Shown here: piece after piece, positions 38,677 to 48,576 of the stretch
Position numbering within the stretch: the first letter of the stretch is position 1
How the letters are laid out: every line of letters begins with the position of its first letter
IMG/VR virus record: IMGVR_UViG_3300011947_000002
Coordinates: 1-64,000 of that record
Direction: 5' to 3' (one strand)
Length of the DNA: 64,000 bases
Source: a virus
Lineage: Duplodnaviria; Heunggongvirae; Uroviricota; Caudoviricetes
The notes under the pieces: generated by a model
The model's database searches: none
What the model was told of the DNA's origin: nothing
Seen by the model: the letters and a program-made list of their open reading frames with translations, nothing else
Program-made: the position numbers and the translations under genes

Positions 38677-38964
38677 ATGTCAATGTGTCATTTTGAAGTA
38701 TACAGTTTTGCAAAATATTGGGTGGATTGTTCAAGTAACTATCGTGTTAATCAATTACAATATCCCGAAGGGACTAATTATGATTTCAGTATTGATGATT
38801 TTCGTGAAATGTTGGAGTGCCACAAACTGAAATATTCAGATCAAACATTGCAACATCTTAAAGATAAATTAATTACAGATAAATGCGTATCAAATATTTA
38901 CACACATGAAGTAGATGGTGTGAAACATGAATCACAAATCATTATTATTCTAAAAGAATTCTAA
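38677..38964 (+). CDS. hypothetical protein (95 aa)
   Basis: TAGGGATTAAATT-ATG RBS. Confidence 0.5.
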   Translation: MSMCHFEVYSFAKYWVDCSSNYRVNQLQYPEGTNYDFSIDDFREMLECHKLKYSDQTLQHLKDKLITDKCVSNIYTHEVDGVKHESQIIIILKEF

Positions 38965-38973
38965 ACCTGTAAT

Positions 38974-39002
38974 TTGATCATTATTCATATTTGTGATATT
39001 AT
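38974..39002 (+). promoter_or_regulatory. sigma70 promoter TTGATC-17-TATTAT
   Basis: Same TTGAT(T/C)-17 architecture as the promoters of the paralogs at 31676 and 33719. Confidence 0.5.
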
Positions 39003-39016
39003 TTGTATACACAAAT

Positions 39017-39478
39017 ATGAATATGGGGATTCACGTGAAAACTGCTTCTGAACATGCACAAGTTGCTAAAGAAATCAAAAAGTATTTTAAATCACTTTCT
39101 ATTCCATGTAAAACTAAATCATCTGTTTATGCTGGTGGATCATCTGTAACGGTATGGGTAACAAACATTCATCCAGAAAAGATTGATGAATATACCAAGT
39201 ATGTCGAACAATATGAATGTGGTTCTTTTGATCCAATGAACGATCTATACTCCTTTACTAATCTTCGCGACGATATTCCACAAGTTAAGTTTGTATTTCT
39301 TGAACACCGATATACACCAGAATTTTACCAGAAAGCTTATGATATTATGTGTGAAAATATTGCTGGTCTAGAAAAGAAGTCAATTGATGATTTAAGTTCG
39401 GATGAAATTCGTTTATTGAAAGATATTGTGTTAGGTAAATCTCATATTGATATTCATAACAAAATATGGAATATCTAA
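39017..39478 (+). CDS. paralog-family protein (153 aa; family with the 31676 and 33719 genes)
   Basis: See the 31676 entry. The ATG at 38993 lies upstream of the -10 element, so the start was moved to 39017. Confidence 0.5.
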   Translation: MNMGIHVKTASEHAQVAKEIKKYFKSLSIPCKTKSSVYAGGSSVTVWVTNIHPEKIDEYTKYVEQYECGSFDPMNDLYSFTNLRDDIPQVKFVFLEHRYTPEFYQKAYDIMCENIAGLEKKSIDDLSSDEIRLLKDIVLGKSHIDIHNKIWNI

Positions 39479-39482
39479 AATA

Positions 39483-39508
39483 AAAAGGCGCATAATGCGC
39501 CTTTTTTT
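39483..39508. terminator. bidirectional rho-independent terminator between convergent genes
   Basis: AAAAAGGCGCA-TAA-TGCGCCTTTTTTT. Confidence 0.7.
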
Positions 39509-39848
39509 AAAATTTATAATTTCTGATAGCATTCATTATTAAAGATTTTGGAATACCATTGGCGCGCGTCATTATATCTTTTATAACATCATATGCATTC
39601 TTATTGACAGCAACGTGTTGCCAAGTGGTGGTTGGCATAGGTTCGCCGTATCTATTCTTTCCTGTACATACTTGGCGATCATATGCATCACAGCGATCAT
39701 GATATTCTTTGGCTAATTCAGTTATATGAACAACTACATCGAATTTAGCCTGTTGTTCTGGATCAGGCTCACCCACTTGACGATCATCAAGGTTTAACCA
39801 GTTTCCAGTTATTTTGTACATGTCGAAATAATCATTCTGAAAACTCAT
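39507..39848 (-). CDS. hypothetical protein (113 aa)
   Basis: Intact ORF. Confidence 0.5.
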   Translation of the reverse strand: MSFQNDYFDMYKITGNWLNLDDRQVGEPDPEQQAKFDVVVHITELAKEYHDRCDAYDRQVCTGKNRYGEPMPTTTWQHVAVNKNAYDVIKDIMTRANGIPKSLIMNAIRNYKF

Positions 39849-39995
39849 GATTTAAGAACCTTCTTTTCATCTTCTCTATTCAGACATTTAACCCAATCAT
39901 CAAAGAATTTCTTATCCTTCATGCATTGTTCATGTTCTGCTTCTGATAATACATATGTGATAGTCGCTAAATCTTTATCTTTTTTCTTACTCATA
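39849..39995 (-). CDS. small protein (49 aa, MSKKKDKDLATITYVLSEAEHEQCMKDKKFFDDWVKCLNREDEKKVLKS)
   Basis: Not in the track. ATGA-coupled to the downstream gene and abuts the upstream GIY-YIG gene. Confidence 0.35.
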
Positions 39996-40314
39996 TTGTA
40001 TATTTCCTAAATGTTTTCACTTTGCGATTGCGTGGATTATGTTGAATATTGAATTCAGGTTCATATGCTGCAATAAAATCTCTTTCTTTTTCCATTGCTT
40101 CTTCTTTACTCAAGTTTTCATATATTACATTAACTTCCATATTTGCGCCATCTTTAAAAAATAATTCGTTTAATTTTGGGTTATGGCTTTTTCCAGATTT
40201 GGCGTGAAGTTGGCGTTCAGGTTTTCCGATTCCAATATATACAGTGCGCTTGTTATAAAGAACTTCATAAACAATATAATTATCAACTAAATCTACCATA
40301 ATCAAAATCCACAT
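39991..40314 (-). CDS. free-standing GIY-YIG nuclease-domain protein (Seg-like homing endonuclease catalytic domain, ~102-107 aa)
   Basis: YIVYEVLYNKRTVYIGIGKPERQLHAKSGKSHN matches the GIY-(10-11)-YIG ... R ... H core. The start may be the internal ATG at 40299. Confidence 0.55.
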   Translation of the reverse strand: MWILIMVDLVDNYIVYEVLYNKRTVYIGIGKPERQLHAKSGKSHNPKLNELFFKDGANMEVNVIYENLSKEEAMEKERDFIAAYEPEFNIQHNPRNRKVKTFRKYTI

Positions 40315-40509
40315 AAATAAATAATAAATCTATTTATGGAAAGAAAATCATGGGTATTTCGTTGGTAGTTACAGATAAAAGTGACAAATTAATTGTGGTT
40401 CCAGAAATCAGCCAAAAAAGAAATGAATTAATTGATTTCATGCGCAATAAGAAAAAAACCTCTATGTTATATAAAGGCTTTTTCATCAATCTGGTTGAAT
40501 GTGAAAATA

Positions 40510-41328
40510 TTAATTAAGAAATATTGTGGAAGCTTTTTCAGTTAAAGTGCCACCACATTTGATAGTCCCTGATGAACCAACTTTATTAGTCCAAGATGCT
40601 TTTGTGGTGTTGCTATATGCATTACATGTAATTGTATAATTGCCCTTAATATTACTAACCTTATTTCCTTTAATTGTTTCAGTTAAATTACCATCCACAT
40701 TTAAATTAACATTTCCTTTTACGTATATGTTTAAATCCTTATGGACAATTTGGTATCCAAAACCTTTAACATGATTAACATATGATCCATCAGGATGAAA
40801 TTCAACAAAAGTTCCTGATTTATGATATATATGTAAACGTTCAACCCCACTTGTATCGTCAATCTCAACTATATGACCAGCAGGTGTTTGCATTACTTTA
40901 TTATATGGATATTTTGGCGCTGCACCTGAAGCTTTTTCAGCCCAAGTTCCTGCATTTTCTTGTGTTTTCTTAACAACACTACCACGTGCCAATTTATTCA
41001 CATCAATTTCATTTTCTGTCATAGACGGATATGAGGATGTAATAGCTGGCATCTGTGCTGATTTACCATCTAAAAAGTGTCCCTTCACCACTGATCCAAC
41101 AATAAGACAATGTGGTGTAAATCCAATCCCCTTCACATTCGCACTAAATGGTGATGAATCTACAAAAGCCCAAGGTAATGCATTTGTAGGTACAGCATTC
41201 TTATCTTCGCTATGATACCCTTTAATTCGAACGCGAACTCTACCCATTTCAAGCGGATCAAAAATGTCTTCGACAACACCAATGAACCAGACATATTCCC
41301 CTAATGAAAAATGATTATTACGTTCCAT
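40510..41328 (-). CDS. 5: baseplate central spike/hub protein, T4 gp5-like N-terminal OB-fold domain without lysozyme domain (272 aa)
   Basis: WFIGVVEDIFDPLEMGRVRVRI vs T4 gp5 WFVGVVEDVMDPSLIGRVRVRV. C-terminal HIVEIDDTSGVERLHIYHKSGTFVEFHPDGS and G-N/V-x repeats suggest a short beta-helix. Confidence 0.7.
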   Translation of the reverse strand: MERNNHFSLGEYVWFIGVVEDIFDPLEMGRVRVRIKGYHSEDKNAVPTNALPWAFVDSSPFSANVKGIGFTPHCLIVGSVVKGHFLDGKSAQMPAITSSYPSMTENEIDVNKLARGSVVKKTQENAGTWAEKASGAAPKYPYNKVMQTPAGHIVEIDDTSGVERLHIYHKSGTFVEFHPDGSYVNHVKGFGYQIVHKDLNIYVKGNVNLNVDGNLTETIKGNKVSNIKGNYTITCNAYSNTTKASWTNKVGSSGTIKCGGTLTEKASTIFLN

Positions 41329-41333
41329 TATTA

Positions 41334-42533
41334 TTATTCACCTTCAACACGAATTTTTACGAACTCATAGTTATTTACGTACATTGACGGCGTGATATGA
41401 TGAACCACCGATGTAATTAAATAATATCCACGACGAAATATAGAATAAAAATCACCTTTAGTTTCATTATTAGATGGCATTTCAATATATATATGTTTAC
41501 CCAACCATTTATATGTACCCACACTACCACGTAATTGAGCAGAAAATTTTTCGCTGTCTAATCGTTGTAAAATTGCACGGCGTGATGGCAACCACTTATC
41601 AGCATCATTATACATGTTTTCTCCATCATATAATTTTGCATTTTTTGGAACAAATGATATTGCAGAGGATTCGGCATTATTGAATAATGCATCTTTCCAT
41701 TGCGGGGCAATCTTTGCATCTTCCTTACTATCATCACCATGTGAATAAATAGATTCACCCCATGATTTATTAAAAAAGTCAAATGTTGTTACAGTAGACT
41801 TATAATAACCATTTTGTAAATTTTGCTGAACATCTACATGTTCCCACATATGCTTAATAATATTATAATGATTAATATCCCCAGTATTTTCTACTTTATA
41901 AGTAATAATTTCCCCAATTTCATTTTTTGAATCACTATACATAGATTCAATTGTTTCTAATGTTAATTCATCATGATCACTTTGAAAAAACATAAAGTCA
42001 GCACGACCATCTTTATGCGCTTGTTTCATTAACCAAGCAATTGAAATAAATGGCGACCAATTACTAATTAATAAATCATTTGAATTATCAGATTCAGAAG
42101 CAATATTTACAGTCATTTCAGGAAAGGATTTGGTAGTTACTTCCCTAATTACATCAGAAACTTTTTGTGTTTTAAATTTCTCATTAATTCGAATGGTATT
42201 ATTCAATAAAAATTGTTTGGCAACGCCATGCAATTTATACGTTTCTACATTTTGGTTTTGGGATAATTTTTCTGCAATTTTGTATATATAAAAAGTAAAC
42301 TCAACATCATCATCTGTTGAACAATTATCTTCAGTTGCTACATTAATTTTTAATTCTGATCCATGTTGAATAGGTAATTCTTCCAACATATTTGTACCAT
42401 CAATAATCCCAATATCACAAGACCATGACATGGAATCTAACGATTGATATATATTAATTGCATGCCATGAATCATTTATTGACACACCATCAATAGAAAC
42501 ATTTATCTTTTTAAACGTTCTATCACCAGACAT
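41334..42533 (-). CDS. baseplate hub subunit, gp27-like (399 aa)
   Basis: Size and position immediately upstream of the gp5-like gene. Weak recollected similarity to T4 gp27 N-terminal segments. Confidence 0.45.
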   Translation of the reverse strand: MSGDRTFKKINVSIDGVSINDSWHAINIYQSLDSMSWSCDIGIIDGTNMLEELPIQHGSELKINVATEDNCSTDDDVEFTFYIYKIAEKLSQNQNVETYKLHGVAKQFLLNNTIRINEKFKTQKVSDVIREVTTKSFPEMTVNIASESDNSNDLLISNWSPFISIAWLMKQAHKDGRADFMFFQSDHDELTLETIESMYSDSKNEIGEIITYKVENTGDINHYNIIKHMWEHVDVQQNLQNGYYKSTVTTFDFFNKSWGESIYSHGDDSKEDAKIAPQWKDALFNNAESSAISFVPKNAKLYDGENMYNDADKWLPSRRAILQRLDSEKFSAQLRGSVGTYKWLGKHIYIEMPSNNETKGDFYSIFRRGYYLITSVVHHITPSMYVNNYEFVKIRVEGE

Positions 42534-42545
42534 AATTAACCTCTT

Positions 42546-43064
42546 TTATTTTAGCATCTTTTTATACATTTCAACAAATTTTGAAATATTCTGTTTTGGT
42601 ATAATAGTAATTACATTTCTATTTTCATTAATCGTTTGTTCATGTTCAAAATAATTAACACCATCTATATTTTCAGGTAATATTTGATTATTTCTAATCA
42701 TTTCAAAAAAACGATCGGCATCTTCACCTGTAATAACTTGCTTGGTTGATCTATCCATAAAATAGATAACATTATACATTTTGTCTTCTCCATATTTATC
42801 TTTGCAGAAATCATATAATTGATCCGAAGTCATATACCATTCAGTAAATGGATCAATAATGTTATTCACAAATAGGATAGTCCAGAATAATTTAGCATCA
42901 CCATAAACTTCATAAGCAATCTGTTCAGGTGTTCTTGAATCAACCCTAATAGATTGTAATAATGTTTTATCTCTATTAAGGATCAAATTAGTTTTAGTTA
43001 AATTAGTCATTCGATGGATTTCCCCATCGATTGAATAATCTATTTCTTTATGGTACTTAAACAT
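42546..43064 (-). CDS. baseplate wedge protein, gp53-like (172 aa)
   Basis: PEQIAYEVYGDAKLFWTILFVNNIIDP vs T4 gp53 PEELANAIYGNPQLYWVLLMCNDNYDP (LysM-like segment). Confidence 0.5.
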   Translation of the reverse strand: MFKYHKEIDYSIDGEIHRMTNLTKTNLILNRDKTLLQSIRVDSRTPEQIAYEVYGDAKLFWTILFVNNIIDPFTEWYMTSDQLYDFCKDKYGEDKMYNVIYFMDRSTKQVITGEDADRFFEMIRNNQILPENIDGVNYFEHEQTINENRNVITIIPKQNISKFVEMYKKMLK

Positions 43065-44257
43065 TATGATCTTTGTCCTCTAGAATCTTTCAGCAATATA
43101 TCTTTTTTAGTGATAATATCAACTTCAGTCCATTTTGTATCAATACGAATAATATTTGGAAATCCATTTCGAATTGATGACCAATGCCCCATAGGTGCAT
43201 AATCAATATTAACATCCGTACATACAGCACGTTTGAAGTTATTTAACCACTTGTTAGCACCACTTTCCCACATATAAGTAATTTGACATTCATCAGGATA
43301 AGTAAAGAACATTTTATCACCTGCAAAATCTGGTGATGAATGGGCGCGAAATGCTGTAATAATATTATAAATAAGGTCGCAGTCTGATTCGCTGAATGGG
43401 ACTAGATCAAACACAAAGTTAAATGAACGAAAGTTTACTCCACGGAATAACATCGTGCGGAATGGATTTAATGCTTTTCCATTTACAGCCCCCATGATGT
43501 CTTCTGCATCTAATTGATTACCCCCAGTTTTACTAATCAATTCTGACATACCAGAATAAAACGCAACAGATTTCATTCGTTCAGCCATAGAGTTTAAATG
43601 TGATTTAACACTATCTTCATTATAGCCTGTTGACTTCATAGCGGATAAGCTTTTAACAACAGTATCACCAATCATTCCAAAATCTTTCTGATCCCATGAT
43701 ACAGAATTTGGATTTGAAACGTTGTTTGGCATAGGCAAGTTGATTGATGTTGTTTTAGTATTAGTATTGCGGTCATAAAATTGAAAGTTAATATGTGCCG
43801 GATTTAATGCCACGTTTTTAAGAGTTTCTGGATAAGTTAATCCCATAGATTTAGAACCACCAGCACCACCTAATAATGCCCCAATTGCAGGTATAATTGC
43901 AGCAGCACCAGCGCCAATCCCAGCACCAATAACACCTCCAATCCCTCCACCTTGAAGATCATCCATTGTGTTTTTAATATCACCATATATTGCCACACCA
44001 GCCACGCCAGCAGCGACTACACCAGCCCCAATAGCTTTAGCTTGACCAATTGCCTTGGTTACATCTTGTGTGGCTTCAGCGACCTCTCCAATAGCTTTAC
44101 TAGCTGCTTCTTTGGCGCTATTTACTTGTGTGGCCGCTTTATTGACTGCACCACTTGCACTATCAATAGATTTACTAACTTTATTGCCAGCACTTGTGTT
44201 TTTAAGCACAGCCCCGACACCTGCTTGAACAACCTTCAAGCCTAATTTAGCAGACAT
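43064..44257 (-). CDS. gp19-fold baseplate/tail-tube protein (gp48/gp54 family) with Gly/Ala-rich N-terminal region (397 aa)
   Basis: Start moved to MSAKLGL (GGATTTATAACC-ATG). N-terminal GAGVVAAGVAGVAIYG/GGGIGGVIGAGIGAGAAAIIPAIGALLGGAGG. C-terminal domain HINFQFYDRN...FRGVNFRSFNFVFDLVPF follows the gp19/48/54 NLFQVEI-type pattern. Confidence 0.5.
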   Translation of the reverse strand: MSAKLGLKVVQAGVGAVLKNTSAGNKVSKSIDSASGAVNKAATQVNSAKEAASKAIGEVAEATQDVTKAIGQAKAIGAGVVAAGVAGVAIYGDIKNTMDDLQGGGIGGVIGAGIGAGAAAIIPAIGALLGGAGGSKSMGLTYPETLKNVALNPAHINFQFYDRNTNTKTTSINLPMPNNVSNPNSVSWDQKDFGMIGDTVVKSLSAMKSTGYNEDSVKSHLNSMAERMKSVAFYSGMSELISKTGGNQLDAEDIMGAVNGKALNPFRTMLFRGVNFRSFNFVFDLVPFSESDCDLIYNIITAFRAHSSPDFAGDKMFFTYPDECQITYMWESGANKWLNNFKRAVCTDVNIDYAPMGHWSSIRNGFPNIIRIDTKWTEVDIITKKDILLKDSRGQRS

Positions 44258-44314
44258 GGTTATAAATCCTTTATTTTTATTTGTATTTAAATACAAATAA
44301 AACGGTATAGATTT

Positions 44315-44776
44315 ATGGCTAGAAGATATCCAGAAGTTAAAAGTTTTTATCCAAAAAATCCACACAAATATGCTGGTGATGTAAATAATATTAAATTGCG
44401 TTCATCATGGGAATTTAAATTCGCACATTATTGTGATGATAATCCAAGTGTAATCCAATGGAATTCTGAAGATATTATCGTCCCTTATTGGTCGAGTTCG
44501 GATAATAAGATGCGTAATTATCATTTAGATTTCACAATGGTTGTTCAAGAACCAGATGGATCAACAAAAACTTGGATGGTTGAAATTAAACCATATAGTC
44601 AAACAATAAAGCCAGTTAAAACAAGAGGAAAAAAGGAATTAACTTATTTAAATGAATTAAAAACATATCAGGTTAATATGGATAAATGGATTCATGCAAA
44701 CCAATATGCAAAAGATCGTGGGTGGCATTTTTTAGTAATTACAGAAAATGAATTATATAATGGTAAACCTAAATGA
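44315..44776 (+). CDS. 4: head completion protein, T4 gp4-like (153 aa)
   Basis: FYPKNPHKYAGDVNNIKLRSSWE vs T4 gp4 YYPKSPHKYIGNVNEIIARSSWE. ...IEVKP motif. Confidence 0.65.
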   Translation: MARRYPEVKSFYPKNPHKYAGDVNNIKLRSSWEFKFAHYCDDNPSVIQWNSEDIIVPYWSSSDNKMRNYHLDFTMVVQEPDGSTKTWMVEIKPYSQTIKPVKTRGKKELTYLNELKTYQVNMDKWIHANQYAKDRGWHFLVITENELYNGKPK

Positions 44777-45339
44777 TGGATTTAAATAAACAACAAAAAG
44801 ATGCCGTTCAATGGTTATCTAATGAAATAGAAAATATTCCAAATATTCTATTTCGTAAACCTATTAATCAAAAAAAGAAAAAAGATGGCGAAGAATTAAC
44901 TGAAGAAGAACAACAGATTATTACGGATCAGCAAAAACGCCGTAATCCGCCATTAGCTGAATTAGTATTATTTCGATATGAAGCAAAATTTGGAAATGTA
45001 TTTGGTTACTGGGATAAATTTCCTATTGTATTAATTGTTCGTCCTTTTGAAGATCATTGTTTTGGTTTTAATTTACATTATCTTGATCTACAAACAAGAG
45101 ATAAAATATTAAGAACCGTAATTAATTTGCATCGTAAAGTGCCAAATAAAAAAACAATGTATAAAGCTATATATCCATTTTTAGATGCATTGGTGAAAAT
45201 TGGTTATTATAACTTCGCATATAAGAATTACTCATACTCAAATATAACAAGTGATTTTGTAATCATTAAACCAGAACATTATCAAATGGTCGCAAATCTC
45301 CCTATTGCAAGATTTCAAGGAAATAGAACAGATGAATAA
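44773..45339 (+). CDS. hypothetical protein (188 aa), possibly virion-associated
   Basis: Sits between gp4-like and gp19-fold genes. No recognised motif. Confidence 0.45.
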   Translation: MMDLNKQQKDAVQWLSNEIENIPNILFRKPINQKKKKDGEELTEEEQQIITDQQKRRNPPLAELVLFRYEAKFGNVFGYWDKFPIVLIVRPFEDHCFGFNLHYLDLQTRDKILRTVINLHRKVPNKKTMYKAIYPFLDALVKIGYYNFAYKNYSYSNITSDFVIIKPEHYQMVANLPIARFQGNRTDE

Positions 45340-46150
45340 TTTAGTGAAACTGGCTACATCAGGATTAAGTCAGTTTACAGCATTTACAGCCAAAGCTACC
45401 AACTTGGTAGCCAACGTTGTAAATACTATCAACACCGCAAAAAATCTTTTTGGTTCCTTTAAAAGTGGGGGTGGGGGAAATGGTATTGTTGAATCATTTG
45501 CAGGTAATTTAACTAAAGGTGCAGATCGGCCACGCGATGGTATATATGAATTCCTATCGCATTTTAAAAATGGTGTAATGAAGTCAAACCGATTCCGAGT
45601 TGAATTTAATTTACCAAGTGGTGTGGTTGGAAGTACGGGAACAAAAGCAGTCAATACTAATGCAATGAGTAGTGCTATTAAAAGTGCTAATAATGGTTTT
45701 AATGGTAAATCATCAATTAATATTAAATGTCATACAGCAACATTCCCTCAACGTATGTTGCAAACATTAGAATTTCGCTGTAATTCAGTGCAATTCAAAG
45801 TTCCATATACTGCATCATATGATGGTATTTCATTAACATTCTTTGCTGATGGGAATATGGATACCCGTGAATATTTTGAATTGTGGCAATCAGCAATTAT
45901 TAATTTCGGAAATAATACCGCTAATTTCTACAAAGAGTATGTATCAGATATTAAATTATATATTCAGAACGAAGCTGGTGATGATACATATGGAATCATA
46001 TTATATGAAGCATATCCAATGCAAATCAGTATGCTTGATATGTCATACGGTATGAGAAACACCCCTTTAAATATTCAAGTTTTATTTTCATTCAAATCTT
46101 GGCTTCCTTTAAGTAATAGTAACAGTAACAATTACAATAGGACAGTTTAA
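45332..46150 (+). CDS. gp19-fold tail tube / baseplate tube protein (gp54/gp48-like, 272 aa)
   Basis: NRFRVEFNLPSG ... FKVPYTASYDGISLTFFADG ... parallels T4 gp19 NLFQVEI...FQCKATALP. Start at ATG 45332 (AAGGAAATAGAACAG-ATG); the supplied ORF began at TTG 45305. Confidence 0.55.
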   Translation: MNNLVKLATSGLSQFTAFTAKATNLVANVVNTINTAKNLFGSFKSGGGGNGIVESFAGNLTKGADRPRDGIYEFLSHFKNGVMKSNRFRVEFNLPSGVVGSTGTKAVNTNAMSSAIKSANNGFNGKSSINIKCHTATFPQRMLQTLEFRCNSVQFKVPYTASYDGISLTFFADGNMDTREYFELWQSAIINFGNNTANFYKEYVSDIKLYIQNEAGDDTYGIILYEAYPMQISMLDMSYGMRNTPLNIQVLFSFKSWLPLSNSNSNNYNRTV

Positions 46151-46644
46151 TGGATTATGAAAATCCGTGGATGTATAAAGGTAAAATATTCACATCTGAA
46201 GATATTAATGGTACGCATGGTTTTATATATCTAATTAAAGAAAAATCTACTGGCCGGATGTATATCGGCCAAAAACATTTCTGGACAAAGAAAATTAAAA
46301 CCATTAATAAAAAGAAAAAGAAAGTCAAAGCAGAATCAGACTGGAAAAAATACTATAGTTCCTCAAATTATATTAATGAAAAAGTTGCGAATGAAGGGAT
46401 TGAAGATTTCGAACGTTATATTTTATTAATGGTTCAAAGTGATGGGATGCTTAATTATTATGAAATGCGATTACAAGTTGAATTGAAAGTTTTAGAATTT
46501 CCAGAAAAGTATATTAATGGATATATAGGTGGCCGTATTTCAACAATGCATATTAAGAAAAATATTCCTCTTGAGGGTGATTTTAATTTATTAAATACAT
46601 TATACGAAAACACATATTTTGGATTTTTAAATGAAAACAAATGA
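46150..46644 (+). CDS. free-standing GIY-YIG endonuclease-like protein (164 aa)
   Basis: HGFIYLIKEKSTGRMYIGQKHF = GIY-(11)-YIG core. Inserted between structural genes. Confidence 0.5.
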   Translation: MDYENPWMYKGKIFTSEDINGTHGFIYLIKEKSTGRMYIGQKHFWTKKIKTINKKKKKVKAESDWKKYYSSSNYINEKVANEGIEDFERYILLMVQSDGMLNYYEMRLQVELKVLEFPEKYINGYIGGRISTMHIKKNIPLEGDFNLLNTLYENTYFGFLNENK

Positions 46645-46864
46645 TATCTTACAATACGCTGATGAACAAATTGCTGATGTTAAATATTTCTATGATGAAA
46701 CACTAACTATTTGCGTAATAACAATGTTGAATGGATTTAAAGTAGTTGGAGAATCAAACGTAATTGATCCATCCAAATACGATAAATTAAAGGGTATGCA
46801 AATATCCCGCCAGAAAGCATATAATAAATTTATTGATATTTTAGCATATTCATTAAAGCAATAA
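46631..46864 (+). CDS. hypothetical protein (77 aa)
   Basis: Intact ORF. Confidence 0.45.
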   Translation: MKTNDILQYADEQIADVKYFYDETLTICVITMLNGFKVVGESNVIDPSKYDKLKGMQISRQKAYNKFIDILAYSLKQ

Positions 46865-47140
46865 ATCATCATCAGACGGTGGTAGAATTAAAGGTATATC
46901 ATTAATATTTTTAATGACATTATCATAATTTTCCGAATCAAATCTATCTGGTGAATCTGGTGCATTACTATAACCCATTTCCGCATGAAAATTCGGTCTT
47001 GGGTCTTTTTTCACCATTTCATCAACTAATTTATCTGCATTACCTTTTATATTAACATACACCAATGATTTTATTTTTCTTGCAGAAACCTTTGTTTCAC
47101 TTTGTCTAAAAGGTGTGCATGGCGCACAAATTGTACTCAT
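46853..47140 (-). CDS. hypothetical protein (95 aa)
   Basis: Last gene of the minus-strand structural operon. Confidence 0.45.
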   Translation of the reverse strand: MSTICAPCTPFRQSETKVSARKIKSLVYVNIKGNADKLVDEMVKKDPRPNFHAEMGYSNAPDSPDRFDSENYDNVIKNINDIPLILPPSDDDLLL

Positions 47141-48576
47141 TTTAATGTACCTTCAGATTGATATCCAAATATTGTATGTACTGTTAATGGTAATTTTCTA
47201 AAACTATCTTCGTATAAATCAACATACTTATCTTGTGAATCAACCACTTCTTTTTCAATACCATTATTATTCATCATTCTAATATAATATTCGCCATCCA
47301 ATTCATGGATATCTATAACTATATTATTGTAATCAAACCGTTCATATGCATCCATATCTATATACATAGAAGAAATATCATTTTCCATCAAATATCGTTG
47401 AAACATGCATGAATCTTTTAATTGAATAATTAATATATTATCTTCATCATGCAAATTATCAATGTAAAATTGTGGAATATCATTATTTCCATTACTAGAA
47501 TTTATAACAGGTATACCATTATAATATTCCACATACTGCTTATTCAACAAAATCATTTCTGTGGATAATTCATCATCATACATAAACCCATCAGTTATTT
47601 CATTAATAATAACATCATCTTCATCCGTATAATTAGCTTCTATATCAAAATAAAATTTATTCTTGTCGGAAACATTGTAAACTTCGCCGTCTATTACACT
47701 AATAACTTCATCATTACTTGGTTTAGATATATTTTCAATAACAGCACATGGATCAGGGCATAAACGAATTGTATCTAATTTAACCTGTTCTTCAAACGTA
47801 GCAATCCTTTCATCCTGAAGCATATCATACTGATCAATAAATCTAAGGTTTTTATTAAAATCATTTAAAATAGATATCCAAAACCATTGTTCAACGCCTT
47901 TTTCATAAAACCCTTCTAGATATAAATGCACCTTAAATCTATAATACCTACCCCATGATGTGACATATTGATCATCATGAATTTTTTCATACCATATATT
48001 TGATGTAGGTAAATCCTTATTAAACTCATCCACATCTAGCATTGGAAGTGTACCATTAATATAACCATTTTCTAACATGATTAATCCATACGGTAAAGAA
48101 CCTTCTATAATTTTATATAATAATGGTTTATTACAATCAACCTCAACACGTTTAAATGTTAATTCAGCATTACACTCAAATCCTGTATTTATAACTGGAT
48201 TAAACGTTGGAACAGTAACATAATTAATAAAAGATGCAGTCAACTCTACCGTATATTCTAATAATATAGAGCGAATACATATATAATATTCCCCAGCTTT
48301 AATATTAAATGATGATGATACATTTGTTCTATTGATAGCCATTGTACCAAATATTTGTAACGTGTCTTTTTTATAAATAGTTAACGTGGCATTAATTGAC
48401 GTGAATGATGTTATCATTCTAATATTCAAAAAGATACTTTGATCCATAGAAGATGATAATGAATATATTGCATTTATATCACTATCAATTGTATTGGTAT
48501 ATGGGATATTATTAGATAACCCTATCGCTTGAAATGAACCCGATAGTGTTTGGATACAAGTAGCCATTAATAACAC
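47137..48576 (-). CDS. large virion structural protein (479 aa), probable baseplate/fibre component
   Basis: Operon context, size and composition. Confidence 0.45.
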   Translation of the reverse strand: MLLMATCIQTLSGSFQAIGLSNNIPYTNTIDSDINAIYSLSSSMDQSIFLNIRMITSFTSINATLTIYKKDTLQIFGTMAINRTNVSSSFNIKAGEYYICIRSILLEYTVELTASFINYVTVPTFNPVINTGFECNAELTFKRVEVDCNKPLLYKIIEGSLPYGLIMLENGYINGTLPMLDVDEFNKDLPTSNIWYEKIHDDQYVTSWGRYYRFKVHLYLEGFYEKGVEQWFWISILNDFNKNLRFIDQYDMLQDERIATFEEQVKLDTIRLCPDPCAVIENISKPSNDEVISVIDGEVYNVSDKNKFYFDIEANYTDEDDVIINEITDGFMYDDELSTEMILLNKQYVEYYNGIPVINSSNGNNDIPQFYIDNLHDEDNILIIQLKDSCMFQRYLMENDISSMYIDMDAYERFDYNNIVIDIHELDGEYYIRMMNNNGIEKEVVDSQDKYVDLYEDSFRKLPLTVHTIFGYQSEGTLK

